NCBI RefSeq assembly: GCF_004010195.1
Contig: NC_057718.1
Coordinates: 94,924,702-94,958,336 of the forward strand
DNA length: 33,635 bases
Source of the DNA: Chiloscyllium plagiosum
Lineage: Eukaryota
Direction: 5' to 3'
Both the position numbers and the translations under genes were made by a program. The first letter of the stretch is position 1, and each line of letters opens with the position of its first letter. Shown piece after piece: positions 10,745-23,409 of the stretch. The notes under the pieces are model-generated. The model was not told where the DNA came from. It did not search any database and saw only the letters and a program-made list of their open reading frames with translations.

Positions 10745-12040
10745 TTTTTTATTGACAGCAAAACAAGATACAGTCACAAGCAATAAACAACAGTAAACAA
10801 AACCCCAACCACCCTCTGCACAGCACATACCTCCCCCAAAAATATAAAGGGAGAAAAATGATAAGCAACCATAATAAATATAAACATATACAAAGCACAT
10901 AATATAATGAATTAAACCAGCAGTAAGAATAACTGCATTAACAAAAGGAAAAGAGATAAACAAGAAACAAAAAATAGTCACAGCAGAAGATACCTCAGTC
11001 TGGAACAGTTAAAAAGACAACACTATTAGCATATGAAAGAAAAAAGTTCAAATTTTTTGTAAATTTGTTAGAGGAGCAAGATAAGGATAATCTAATCTTT
11101 TCTAATTTTAAGAAAGTATAACACATCTCTAACCCAGTGTGTATTAGTAGGTGGAGTTAGGGATTTCCATTTTAACAATATCAATCTTCTGGCCAATAGG
11201 GTAGTGAATGCTATCCTGTCTTTTTTAGAGGAAGCAAGATTAGGTAAAGAGGGTGACACCCCAAACAAAGCGGTAATAGCATTAGGAGTAAGATTTTCGC
11301 CAGATATCTTCGATAAGGTGTCAAAAATATCAATCCAATATCTACACGTGCAGGAATTGTGTCAGATAGAACGGGTTCAGATTGGTTTCACAGGTCAACG
11401 CAATATTGAGGGCCGAAGGACCTGTACTGCGTTGTGATGTTCTATGTCCTATCTACTTAAAGAAGGACAAAGCCAGAACATGTGCATCTATTTTGCTGGG
11501 GTTTGTTCACACCGATCATAGAACAGAGACACCTCCTGAAATATTTTTGCAAGTCGAGCTTTAGTGTAGTGGGTGCGGTTTTGCACAGATAGAAAATCTG
11601 TGCATACTTTGTAAAATCTCATCCCATACATCACGCGGAATTACCTCTTCCAGATCTGCCTTTCAGGTAGCTTTTAATAGAGTCAAGAGAATCTGAACAT
11701 AATTTATGGATGTTTGAATAAATAACTGAAGTAGCCCCCTTTAGTGAAGAAGGTGGTTCTGAAAGATGTCAAAATCACAATCATTAGGAAGGGCATGAAG
11801 AACCTGAAACAAACAAAACTGCGAGCTTGGAGATAACTAAAGAAGTGGCTTTCAGGAAGTAAAAACTTATCAACTCATTTTTGAAAAGATGCAAAAAGGC
11901 CATCAACATATAAACCTTTCACCGTTTTTATTCCTAACTTAGCCCAACCAGAAAAGGCACTAACCACTGAAGATGGGGGAAAAAATATGATTTGCTGCCA
12001 ACGGCGCCTTTGTAGAAAATGACAGAAAGCCAATACTACC
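10745..12040 (-). mobile_element. L1-clade LINE 3' fragment
   Basis: Minus strand gives a decayed zinc knuckle DRCEQTPAK*MHMFWLCPSL, then YWIDIFDTLSKI...IAFTTLLARRLILLKWKSLTPPTNTHWVRDVLYFLKLEKIR, a T-rich UTR and AATAAA plus an A-tract ending near 10745. Confidence 0.8.
11346..11449 (+). mobile_element. Short CR1 3' tail inserted in the L1
   Basis: ttcagattggtttcacaggtc...gggccgaaggacctgtactgcgttgtgatgttctatg matches the tail at about 29620-29693. Duplication tatctac at 11339-11345 and 11450-11456. Confidence 0.75.
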
Positions 12041-14550
12041 TGTCCTTCTGCTGAACTTTGTGTTTTCTGCAAACTTAGCAACAATGCCTTCAATTCTTTC
12101 ATCCAGATAACTAAAGTCTAATGTGAATAATTGTGGTCCCAAAACTGATCCCTGCAGATCACTAGTCACCAGCTGCTACCCTGTAAAAGAGACCTTTATA
12201 TGCACTGTCTTCTGCCAGTCGGCAAATCCTTTATCCATGCCTATCCTTGTCCCTAAAACTATGGGCTTTTATTTTATTTAGCAGCCTCTTTTATGGCACC
12301 TTATCAGAGGCCTTGAGGAAATCCAAACAGATCATATCCACTGGCTCTCCTTTGTCTAACTTACCACCTCAAAGAATTCTAACAAGTTTGTCAGACATGA
12401 CCTTCCCTTGACGAGGACATGCTGACTCAACCCTGTTTTACCATGTATTCTAACGTTCCGTAATCTCATTCTTAATAATGGACTAAAATCGTACCAATGA
12501 CTGAGGTCAGGATAACTGGCCTCTAAGTTATTGTGTTCTGCCTCCCTCCATTCTTAAATAGGGATGTTACATTAGTCATCTTCCAGTCCTCTGGAACCTT
12601 CCCTAACTCCAGTGATTCCTGAAAGATGACCACCAACGCTTCCACAATCTCCTCATCAACTATCTCATTCTGAACTCTAGGGTGCAGTCCATCTGATCCA
12701 GGTGGTTTATCCATCCTCAGACTTTATAGCTTCCCCAGCACCTTAGTGTTGGCCACTTCACTCACCTCTGTCACCTTAAGTTCTGGTATGCTACTGGTGC
12801 CTTCCATCGTGATGCAAAGTATCTAGTAAGTTCCTCCATCATTTCTTTGTTCCCCTTTACTATTTTGATAATGTCATTTTCGAGCAGTCCAGTGTCCATT
12901 CTTGCCCCCCCTTACCTTTTTCGATAGCTAGACAAACTGCAGCAATCTTATTTTATATTACTAGCTATCTTGCCCTCGTATTTCATCTTCTCCTTTATTG
13001 CTATTTGGTTGCCCTCTGCTGATTTGTTTTAAAAGATTTCCCAATCTTCTCGCTTTGATCACAATGTACACTTTTTACTTAGCTTTTATGCTGTTTCTGT
13101 CTTCCCTTGTCCTCACTTTGTATGTTTCTCCTTCCTTGGAATGAGTTTCTGCTGTACCTCCCGAATTAACCCCAGACATTCCTGCCATTGCTGTTCCATG
13201 ATCTTCCTTGCTAGGCTGCTTTTCTAATCACCTCTAGCCAGTTGCTCCCTCCTGTCTTTGTAGTTACCGTTAAACAATTGTAATATCCTTGCATCTGATT
13301 CCAGCTTCTCCCTCTCAAACTCCAGAGTGAATTCCACCATATTGTGGTCATTACCCCCTAGGGGTTCCTTCACCTCACGTTCCCTCAAGTCTACTTCATT
13401 ACACACTACCAAATCCAGAGTTGCCTGTCCCCTGAGAGTTCTGCCATAAACTGACCCAAAAAAAAATCTTGTACACCTTTCACAAATTATTTTTCTTGGG
13501 ATGTGCTACCAACCTGATTTTCCCAGTCAACCTAGATATTAAAATCACTCATGAATATTGTAATAGTGCCTTTCTTGCATGCCTTTTATATCTCCTGATT
13601 TATTTCCTTCCCCACATCCAGATTAGTTAGGAAGCTTGTACGTAACTCCCATCAGAGTCTTCTTCCTTTGCAGTTCCTCAACTCTACCCCCATAAATTTT
13701 GTGCCTTCTGACCCTATATCAACTTTGCTATCAATGTAATTTCATTTCTAACTGAGAAGGCAACCCCGTTCCCACTGCTCATCTGCCTGACCTCTCGATA
13801 GGATGTGCATGTTTAGTTCCCAGCCTTGATCCCCTTGCAGAGACATCTCTGTGATGCCTACAGCACTGTATTTACCACTTTCAATCTGCACAAGAAACTA
13901 ATTTACCTTGTTTATGTATACAGCATACATTTAAGTGCAACATCTCTCGTCCTGCATTGACTTCCCCCTTTGTCTGCAGTGCCTGATGTTAGATTCCTGA
14001 CCCTTTCTGTACTCTGTCCTATTGTTCTAGAAACTTTTATAACCTCTCCTGAAACCTCCATCCACCCATCCCACTTAACTAAAGTTCCTGTGACCACCCT
14101 ATTTAGTCTTTCCACTAGGAACCTGGTGTCCAATCAATTCAGGTGGAGCCCATCTGGAAGATGCTGTTCCTTCCTGTCCCAATATTGATGCCAATACCCT
14201 TGCTAATGTTGATGCCAACGTGGACTACAACAACTGGATCCTCCCTCTTCCTCTCCAATATTCTTTCAAGCTAACTCAAGATTTCCTTCAATTTGGCACC
14301 TGGTAGGCAACACATCATGCAGGGTTCTCAATCCTGCTCACAAAGCATCCTCCCTGTCCCTTACCACTATCGTTTTCTTCTTGTTCCCCTGCTTGCATGG
14401 TTTCCTGGACCACAATCCAGTAGCGGTTTGATCATCATCCATGAAGACTTTTTTCCAAACAGGGAGCAAGTCCTTCATTCCTGTTCGACAAGGTCAAGGG
14501 CTGAGGCTCTTTCAATGCTACATTCAAGATCCCTTTACCTGCCTCACACT
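12041..14550 (-). mobile_element. Old, heavily decayed CR1 LINE (ORF1 part, APE, RT up to the FADD region)
   Basis: Minus-strand ORF pieces QGSVLGPQLFTL...VAKFAENTK, DKPPGSDGLHPRV...VPEDWKMTNVTSLFKNGGR and EPLGGNDHNMVEF, with ORF1-like CCLPGA near 14300. Confidence 0.85.
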
Positions 14551-15116
14551 TATTGAGGCTTTCAGACACTTTTGGGAAACATTATGATGCAGTGTATCAT
14601 ATGTACTCATAAATGGACCTCAGGCTGTCACATTGGGCTTTGAAAATTAGCAGACTACCTCAAATTACTGTGCAAGTATAAGGTATAGCAAACCACTGAG
14701 GAGTGGGTAAAGCTTGCTGCTTCATGTCATTTTTATGTGATAACAACACAATGGAATTTTCTACTTCCGATGCTACCCTTCAGCCAAAAATATGTTTTGT
14801 GTACTACACAAATGGGTTGTGATATACAAATTTTACTGCTGTTGCAAGGTCAGGTGTATCAGCTGTATATTCCAATGACTGGGAGATCATTTGTAACTCG
14901 TCCTTTTGGCTGCTTACAATGGAGTACTGGCCATACTCAATGGGCTTGTGTTTGCAAAACTCAGTACATAATGGTTAACAGATTTGATTCTGGAATTGGA
15001 CAAATGTTAATGAGCAATTCCAAGTGTGCTCAAAATGACACTTAACAACCCATTTAAGATTATCAGTGAGACACTCAATATGGTCCACTTACACTTCATA
15101 GAAGCTACATAAATAC

Positions 15117-15679
15117 GGCTGTACAGGACATTGGTTTGGCCACTGTTGGAATATTACATGCAATTCTGGTCTCCTTCCTATCAGAAAGATGCTGTGAAAC
15201 TTGAAAGGGTTCAGAAAAGATTTACAAGGATGTTGCCAGGGTTGGAGGATCTGAGCTACAGGGAGAGGCTGAATAGGCTGGGGCTGTTTTCCCTGGAGCG
15301 TCAGAGGCTGAGGAGTGACCTTTTAGAGGCTTACAAAACTATGAAGAGCATGGATAGGATAAATAGACAGTCTTTTCCCTGGGATCAGGGAGTCCAGAAC
15401 AAGAGGGGAAAGATATAAAAGAGACCTAAGGGCAACGTTTTCACGCAGAGGGTGGTCCGTGTATGGAATGAACTGCCAGAGGATGTGGTGGAGGCTGGTA
15501 CAATTGCAACATTTGCAAGGCATTTCGATGGGTATATAAATAGGAAGGTTTTGGAGGGATATGGGCCGGGTGCTGGCAGGTGGGACTAGATTGGGTTGGG
15601 ATATCTGGTCGACATGGACAGGTTGGACCGAAGGGTCTGTTTCCATGCTGTACATCTCTATGACTATTACTCTATGACT
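15117..15679 (+). mobile_element. CR1/HER1 LINE 3' fragment
   Basis: ORF 15131..15418 [35 protein letters not shown]; tail ctctatgactattactctatgact. Confidence 0.92.
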
Positions 15680-15858
15680 GAAACTCTGCAAGCAAAAGCA
15701 ACATATCCAGATGTGGCATCTTTTGTAAATTAAACAAAAAGCATGGTGAACAATACTTCACTTGTGCAATTGCAATAGAAATGTCTTGATCAATCAGAGC
15801 CAACTAATCAACACGTTTTTTGTGCAAAATAAATTGTTGTTCAATTTGAAATTCAATA

Positions 15859-16080
15859 CAGGGCGACCGCTCTAGCCACAGGTCCTATTACCATGGTTTC
15901 AGTCACCCGTGGTTTACCGCAGCCCAAACATATTACAGGGAACTTTCCAGAACTAGGGGCCAAGGGGCTGCTGGGAAGGTAAGTTTCCCATTTAAATGAA
16001 TGGGTTCACTACTATCCACGGTTTCGCGCTTCCACACAAGGTCTTTGAACCTATCCCCAGTGGGAACGCTGGGACTACTG
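15859..16080. mobile_element. Tigger/pogo-like MITE (degenerate)
   Basis: Bounded by TA|CAG ... CTG|TA. The right end reads cagtagtccc on the minus strand and there is an internal tatccacggtttc motif, both typical of Tigger-type elements. The TIRs match poorly. Confidence 0.5.
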
Positions 16081-16506
16081 TATTGTTGTATCTGTCCTGA
16101 TGAGTACAAGACAAAATGCTTCAATAGCGTATCTGTTCAACAATATTTGATACAATTTTATTGAAAGCTATTCTTTGTACTAAAAAGAATGAAGATTCAC
16201 TAGATTTGAATTAAAATGTTTCAAAAAAGCTGTCAGGTGAATTAAAGAAAACATCAGTGTTAATTCTGTAGATCAAGAAAAAAAACTTTAGGTAATAGAA
16301 AGTTTCTGTACAGGTTAAATCCAGTAGGTATGCCACTAAAACTTTTCCTATATAGTCATGCAAAAGGCAGGTTGAGGCTAAATATTTTGGACAAGATGTA
16401 GAGGATGGACATTTACATGATTAATATTCCCTAATTTACCATACCAAGTCATCATTACTACCAATAATGAGGCTGATGTTGGTTGCTGACCATGGTTCTG
16501 AACTAG

Positions 16507-17140
16507 ACCGTTCCCTCCGTGACTACCTAGTCAGGTCCACGCCCCCCTACAACCCACCCTCCCATCCTGGCACTTTCCCCTGCCACCGCAGGAACTGTAA
16601 AACCTGTGCCCACACCTCCTCCCTCACCTCCATCCAAGGCCCTAAAGGAGCCTTCCACATCCATCAAACTTTTACCTGCACATCCACTAATATCATCTAC
16701 TGTATCCGTTGCTCCCGATGCGGTCTCATCTACACCGGGGAGACTGGGCGCCTCCTAGCAGAGCGCTTTAGGGAACATCTCAGAGACACCCGCACCAATC
16801 AACCAAACCACCCCATGGCTCAACATTTCAACTCCCCCTCCAACTCTGCCGAGGACATGGAGGTGCTGGGCCTCCTCCATCCCCGCTCCATCACCACCAG
16901 ACGCATGGAGGAAGCACTCCACCCTCTCCTCCCTGACCTATCACCTTCATCTCCTTCCCCACTGACCTATTGTACTCTATGCTACTCTATCCCCACCCCC
17001 ACCCTCCTGTAGCTTATCTCTCCACGCTTCAGTCTCTCTGCCTTTATTCCTGATGAAGGGCTTTTGCCCGAAACGTCGATTTTGCCTGTCCTCGGATGCT
17101 GCCTGAATTGTTGTGCTCTTCCAGCATCACTGATCCAGAA
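16507..17140 (+). mobile_element. 5'-truncated Penelope-like element (GIY-YIG endonuclease and tail)
   Basis: Perfect 16-bp TSD catggttctgaactag (16491-16506, 17141-17156). ORF PCHRRNCKTC...NIIYCIRCSRCGLIYTGETGRLLAERFREHL. Apparent internal deletion after RRMEE near 16913. Confidence 0.92.
17046..17081 (+). ncRNA. Minimal hammerhead ribozyme motif with intact core
   Basis: attc-CTGATGA-A-GGGC-tttt-GCCC-GAAA-CGTC-gatt: both core boxes, a 4-bp stem II, ACGT palindrome and a GUC cleavage triplet. Helix I is weak. Confidence 0.7.
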
Positions 17141-17505
17141 CATGGTTCTGAACTAGTCAGGACATAGCTGTCCAAGGCTCAACTGGTATTTCCGATGTTT
17201 AAATAAGAAAATAGTAAATATAAAAAAGACTGTTCCAACAACCCTACTCCCCAAAGCTACAAAATTGAAGGATCTTTGGGTCAGCATTGGAGATGGACTT
17301 GTACATAAAATAAATAAAAAGTTAATAGTTTGGGAGAGCCCTTACACGAGATCAACTGTTACTCAAGTATATATGGTACACTCAAGGAAGAATCAATTAT
17401 ACTGTTGATACAAAATTTGAATCCTAAACAAGGTCTTTGACAACGTACTAACTGATACTTTGATAACCCTTTCCTTCAATGCTGGATGCTAAAGTTATAA
17501 CAGGC

Positions 17506-17905
17506 AGATAGAGTCATAGAGATGTACAGCATGGAAACAGACCCTTCGGTCCAACCCATCCATGCCGACCAGATATCCCAACCCAATCTAGTCCCACCTA
17601 CCAGATCTTGGCCCATATCCCTCCAAACCCTTCCTATTCATATACCCATCCAAATGCCTTGCAAATGTTGCAATTGTTCCAGCCTCCACCACTTCCTCTG
17701 GCAGCTCATTCCATACATTTACCACCCTCTGTGTGAAAAAGTTGCCCCGTAGGTCTCTTTTATATCTTTCCCTTCTCACCCTAAACCTATGCCCTCTAGT
17801 TCTGGACTCCCAAACCCCAGGGAAAAGACTTTGTCTATTTATCCTATCCATGCCCCTCAAAATTTTGTAAACCTCTATAAGGTCGCCCCTCAGCCTCCAA
17901 CGCTC
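17506..17905 (-). mobile_element. CR1/HER1 LINE 3' fragment
   Basis: ORF 17588..17860 RTRGHRFRVRRERYKRDLRGNFFTQRVVNVWNELPEEVV; tail at the left end (agagtcatagagatg). Confidence 0.92.
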
Positions 17906-17949
17906 TTTGTAATCCTATACATTGCTTTTACTCACATAATTATCCAATA

Positions 17950-18420
17950 GCCTGTTGAATGTATTGATACAGTCTGCCTCCACCATACCTCCAAGCAGTG
18001 CATTGTAGACCCTATTTTCTGTTTACAAAAGTTGTTTTTCTCAAATCAAACTTGCTTATTTTGCAAATTATTTTATATCTGTGCCCTGTCATTCTCAATC
18101 TTTTTACCAGTGGGAACAGTTTTTCTTTGTCCAGAACCTTCATGATTTTGTAAGCTTCTATAAACTCTTTTCCGAGGCTTCTCCCCTCCAATGAAAACAA
18201 TATCAACTTCTGTAATTGATTTTGATTATTGAAGTTTGGCATGCCTTAAACCATTTCTTGCAAACCTCTTCTGCAACCTCTCCAATGTGTTAACATCCTT
18301 TCTACTCTAGTTGAAGTCGAACAAGGGTCTTTTGCAAGTTCAGCATAACCTCCCCACATTTTCTACTCTGCGCCCCCATGAAAGTCTAGTATACATTATA
18401 TTTTATAAATTATTCTCTCC
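17950..18420 (-). mobile_element. Old CR1-like LINE fragment
   Basis: ORF 18012..18242 LFSLEGRSLGKEFIEAYKIMKVLDKEKLFPL...TGHRYKI. Confidence 0.7.
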
Positions 18421-21344
18421 AGTCGCTCCAGTCTTTCAGTGTAAGGTAATCCCGCCATTCCAGGAATTGACCTCGTGAACCTTAACTATGTTGGGGATCG
18501 ATTTTCCTCCTGATTCACTATGTCTAAGAATGGTGTGATTACTCTGCAAGCCTCAATGACCAATAATTAGTCATTGCTCATGTGGAGGCATGTTGTCACC
18601 ACATACTGTGAGCAGCAATGTCAGCACCAGAGTGTGTGCAGACAACCTACCTCTAGTTCATGTAAAGCAGATGCAGTTTGATTCAATGTGGGGCCAGCAG
18701 TGCTGGCTGATCTTTTGTGCTTTTTTGGCTTTTGTTGGTAACTCTTGCAACTCTTCACAGCCTGGAGAATCCCAGAAAATTTGGGATTCAGGAGACAAAG
18801 GGTAATACGATCTACAAATGCAGATCTGAAATATTGCATCCAATCTCAATAAGAGAACAAGATAAAACAAGCATTTGCACTCAACACTGAGGTACTCTGG
18901 TTTCTTCTTATGTTATATTACGGTTCACTAACATTTGGGTCCTCTGGAATTAAACTTCATGGCGATTTGTCCGTGCACTTCAATATCTGTGCCTCTTCAA
19001 CCTTGGGTTTTTTGTGAGCTGGTCTAATTCTCACAGACGTCCAACACAGCAAGCTATCTGCCAGTTACTCTTGGGTCAAGTTTGAATTCCATTTCAAACA
19101 CTTGAAGTTTCAAGTTGATTGTCCAGAACTTGTTTTGATTCTCATCAACCATCTGAGGAATGCTGATTGAAACATTTATTCTCTATCTTTAACTTCTTTT
19201 GGAATTTCTGTTTATTTTGAGATGATGTTGTTACCTGAGGATACTTTCTACATGTGTTCCAATTCCCTCTCCTAAACATTCATAGTGCTTGAATTTTATT
19301 TGGAGCTTATATGATCAACAATGTTTATTCCTGATGTTTTGTGTTTTAACAGGCTTCTGGAAAGGTGTTGATATCTCTTCAGACCCAAGAAACCATGTCA
19401 GACAAATCCCCAATGTTTCCTTGCAGTATTGACTGCTTCTGGCCCCTTATTTCCATTGAACTGGACTGCCTTTTTCAGTTTTAAATCTCCCTTGGACTGA
19501 AGAAGGTCTGGCAATTTCTCAACTTTCACACTAATGCCTATATGGTTTAACTAATTCAATCCTTCAACTTTCCATACCTGCAACAGAATGCTAGATTAGA
19601 CAAATCTGAAAATAATGGTTCTATTGATTCTCCTCAGTGCCAAGATCACTGATTAAGCCTCACCTAAGCTCCCACTAAATTTCTTTTGGCACTCAAGTAC
19701 ATGTCTTGTTCTAGTCATTGCTTCATAATCTGTAACACTTTCTTCTTTACTTTGTTTTAACAGAACATCATCAGTATTAGACCCACAGCATATTAATTCT
19801 CGCTGATTTTTGCATGCAGCCTGAAACTGTTCTCTAGTACATAACCTTCTAACAACACTGTGGGCATTATCAAATAAGATAGCAGCAAGACTTCTTTTTT
19901 CCACAGCTGCCATCCCTCCACACAATTGCACTGAATGACCCAAGTGGGTATTTGCGCTTTTCCTTTTTAAGATCAATGTGTTCTAATCCTGTGCTTTTCC
20001 TCTCTAGAATATTAATCCTTTTAACATTCCTTCTCACACCCTTCAGATTCTACTCCAATTATGCCTTTTTATTGTCTCAAAGTTTTCCAAGATCTAATGC
20101 TAACCTAACATGTTCTATCTAATGCTTAAAGCCAATACTGCCACCTGCCCATTATTGAATTGGACAAAATCAGGCTACCGGGCATTGTCTCTCAGGCTGC
20201 TTTTTCATTCTCATTAAATAAGACTTTTTAGCTGTAACATGTCTTTATTGACATCTGCATATTCATTGTTGTGAAATACAATTCTCTGGTGTCATGTTTA
20301 AGATCTCTCTTCTCACATACCCAACCTAGACTGGCGGTTTCTTCTTTCACTGATGTCTGAATCATGTGATCAGACAAAGAATTATGAATTACATGAATAT
20401 CATTTCACAATTATTTTAGTCAATGCCTGTATCACCTTCTTGCTCAGAAACTTTCAGCAATTGTCATGTAATAAACTTATTCAAGATTAAAGTTTTCCTT
20501 CTGCTTATTATTTAAGCTGGAATATTCACAATTCTAAAATGGGACTCCAAGAACTATTTAAATTCACAGTTTAAGGATCGCTGTTCAGGTGTACGTAGTA
20601 TGGTCATGACACATTGTATCCTCTTGGCTATCTTATCTACCTCACAGTGAGGAAAGGTCTTTCTGCCAAAGTACAGTGGGGATCTGTTCAGTTATCACAA
20701 CCTCTCGGTGATTCAAATGTAAATACAGTCCTGTATAAGTTAAAAAATGCCTTAGTTTTTTCACAACTGCAGGGATCGACAAATGCTAAAGTTTGTTTGT
20801 TCTTCAGGTGCAAAGACTGCATAGAACTGCTTCAGTAACTGTGTATGTACATAAAGACTTTCTATGAATGAAGCATACTTTTAAAAAGAATTGAGCTGCC
20901 TGACTATCTTCAGGGATCTGTATACATACACTTCAAGGAGCCTCTGTTCCTTGACAGTTTTCAGAATCTTAGCATTCACTTTACATTCCCTTGAGTTATG
21001 CCTTGCATTCTGGTGATCATATTCCTCTGAATTGACTACCTTTCTGCTCACCAGATGGATGACTGGTATCTTCCCACAGCCATCAGACTTCTTCTCACTC
21101 CCACAACCATTTGTTTTAAAAAATCTTAACTCTCAAATGTTCTACGTTTAAATCCAAATCATGGATTGTACACAAAGAACAGCAAGTGATCAGGCTTTGA
21201 GCCCTAATTCAAATGAAAGCAGCTTTCAGGTAATAGAAATACTCATCAACCCCAGCACTTTACACACTATCACTGAGTCAAGGCAAGCTGCTGCAGTGAA
21301 TATTGCAGGTGAATTGCAGGGTGAATACTGAAGTTCTTGCATGA

Positions 21345-22583
21345 AACCTTCAGTGAGGTTATTACACCAATCGTACCAGAAGAGAGGAGACGATGAGGAA
21401 GGCAGAGAGGAGACAGGTGCGAGGGACCCCGGGGGAAGTACCTGCCAGGAACAAGTTGAATCTTTTGGAAACAGTAGAGACAGATGACACTCCCAGTCCG
21501 CAAGGCGGCCAGGTCTGTCAATCAAAAGGTGGCGTGGAGACAGAGCGGAAGAATCTGACATTGCACAGAGCCATGGTAATAGGGGACTCCATAGTGAGAG
21601 GAACTGACCGGGGTTTTTGTGGCAGCAGACGGGACTTAAGAATGGTGTGTTGCCTTCCTGGTGCCAGGGTTAAAGACATCACAGACAGAGTGCAGGAAAT
21701 CCTCAAGGACGAAGGTGAAGAGCCAGAGGTGATGGTACATGTCAACACAAATGATGTCGGGAAGAAGAGGAGGAACCTACTACAGCAGGACTTCGGAGAG
21801 CTAGGAAGAAGGCTGAAAAGCAGGACGTCCAAGGTTTGCTTCCAGTTCCTCAGGCTGGTGAGGCCAGAAACAGGGAGATAATGGACTTGAACGTGTGGTT
21901 GGGGAACTGGTGCAGGAAGCAAGGATTTAAATTCTTGGATCACTGGGGTATGTTTTGTGGTAAGCATATATTCTACACGAGAGACGGTTTGCACCTTACT
22001 AGGTTAGGGACCAGCATTCTGGCAGGCAAGTTTGCTACTGCAACACAGCTATGTTTAAACTAAGTCGTGGGGGGGAGGGGACAAACTGGATGTTTAAGAA
22101 GGAAATTGGAGGGAAAGTTACAACAAGGGAAGTCAAGAAAGACAACTGTATCAATGAGGCAGAAAACTCAGAAAGGGATCATGCTGTAAGGTTGAGCGAA
22201 ATAGGAGTTGATAGGAAGGGTGAGGGCCGTAACAAATTAAAAATACTATACATGAATGCACGAAGCATTAGAAATAAGATGGATGAGCTGGAGGCTCTTT
22301 TGGAAATTAGCAGATACGATATTGTGGGGATAACTGAGACGTGGCTTCAAGTGGACAGGGCCTGGGAAATGAATGTTCAAGGCTCCACGTGCTATCGTAA
22401 GGACAGACTGATGGGCAGAGGGGGTGGGGTGGCCATGTTGGTAAGGGATGATATTCAGTTCCTTCGCGTGGGGGAACCTAGAATCAGGGGATGTAGAGTC
22501 AGTGTCGATAGAGCTGAGAAATACTAAGGTTAAAAAGACCTTCTTGGGAGTTATCTACAGGTCCCCAAACAGTAGTCTGGATG
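21345..22583 (+). mobile_element. CR1 LINE 5' portion: ORF1 SGNH/GDSL esterase and ORF2 APE start, 3'-truncated
   Basis: VIGDSIVRGTDRGFCG...VCCLPGARVKD...VHVNTNDVG and DGLHLTRLG (ORF1 esterase); LKILYMNARSIRNKMDEL...IVGITETWL...GRGGGVAMLV (APE). Frameshifted. Confidence 0.9.
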
Positions 22584-22759
22584 TTAATCCAGACTATACA
22601 CAGAATATCCAAAATATATACAGAAGTTTCTGTTCCTGCACACCCTTTATAGTACCCTCTGTTTTCCATGACCTCTCTATGTTCTTGCAGTAAATTGTTT
22701 CAGTTCAATCTTCATCTACCATTTAGCTGGCTAATCCACAAGCTTGTCTTTGATTGATT

Positions 22760-22910
22760 TAATGTTGCCACATACTGAAATACAGTGAAAAGTGTTGTTT
22801 TGCATGCTATACGTGTAGATCATACCAGAGTGCATCAGGATCGCAGAACCAAGTGTAGAATAGTGTTGCAGCCACAGAGAAGGTGCAGAGATAGGTCAGA
22901 ATTAACATTT
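22760..22910 (-). mobile_element. Probable LINE 3' UTR fragment (Rex/Babar-like)
   Basis: acatactgaaatacagtgaaaagtgttgttttgcatgctatac resembles a reversed LINE tail. Recognition only. Confidence 0.35.
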
Positions 22911-22959
22911 AAGCAGTCTGGGCACTGACTCATTGACTACTTTTCCACCTTCAACACAA

Positions 22960-23393
22960 TATTCAGAAAAGATTTACAAAGATTTGCTAGGGTTGGAGGG
23001 TTTGAGCTATAGGTGGGGGCTGTATTTCCTTGAGTGTAAGAGGCTGGGGTGAGTGTAGAGATTAATAAAACCATGACGGGCAAGGATGAGATGTCCAGAA
23101 CTAGAGGGCATAGGTTTAAAGTGAGAGGGGAAAGATTTAAAAGACACCTAAGGGGCAATTTCTTAATGCAGAGGGTGGTACGTGCATGGAATGAGCTGCC
23201 AGAGGAAGTCGTGGAGGCTGAGAAAATTACAACATTTAAAAGGCATTTGAATGAGTATATGAATAGGAAGGTTTTAGAGGGACATGGGCCAGGTGCTGGC
23301 AAATGGGACTACATTAATTTAGAATATCTGGTCAGCATGGACAAGTTGGACCGAATGGTTTGATTCCGTGCTGTACGTCTCTATGACTATGAC
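22960..23393 (+). mobile_element. CR1/HER1 LINE 3' fragment
   Basis: ORF 23049..23363 SRTRGHRFKVRGERFKRHLRGNFLMQRVVRAWNELPEEVV; tail ctctatgactatgac. Confidence 0.9.
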
Positions 23394-23409
23394 ATTAATT
23401 CTTAAAAAA

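Noticed and set aside
15323..15691. Recurring peptide MYSMETDPSVQP... (also at 17522 and 30748) as a small gene family
   Set aside because: It is the antisense translation of the CR1 3' end.
21393..21881. Host GDSL esterase gene
   Set aside because: It is CR1 ORF1, frameshifted and followed directly by the ORF2 endonuclease.
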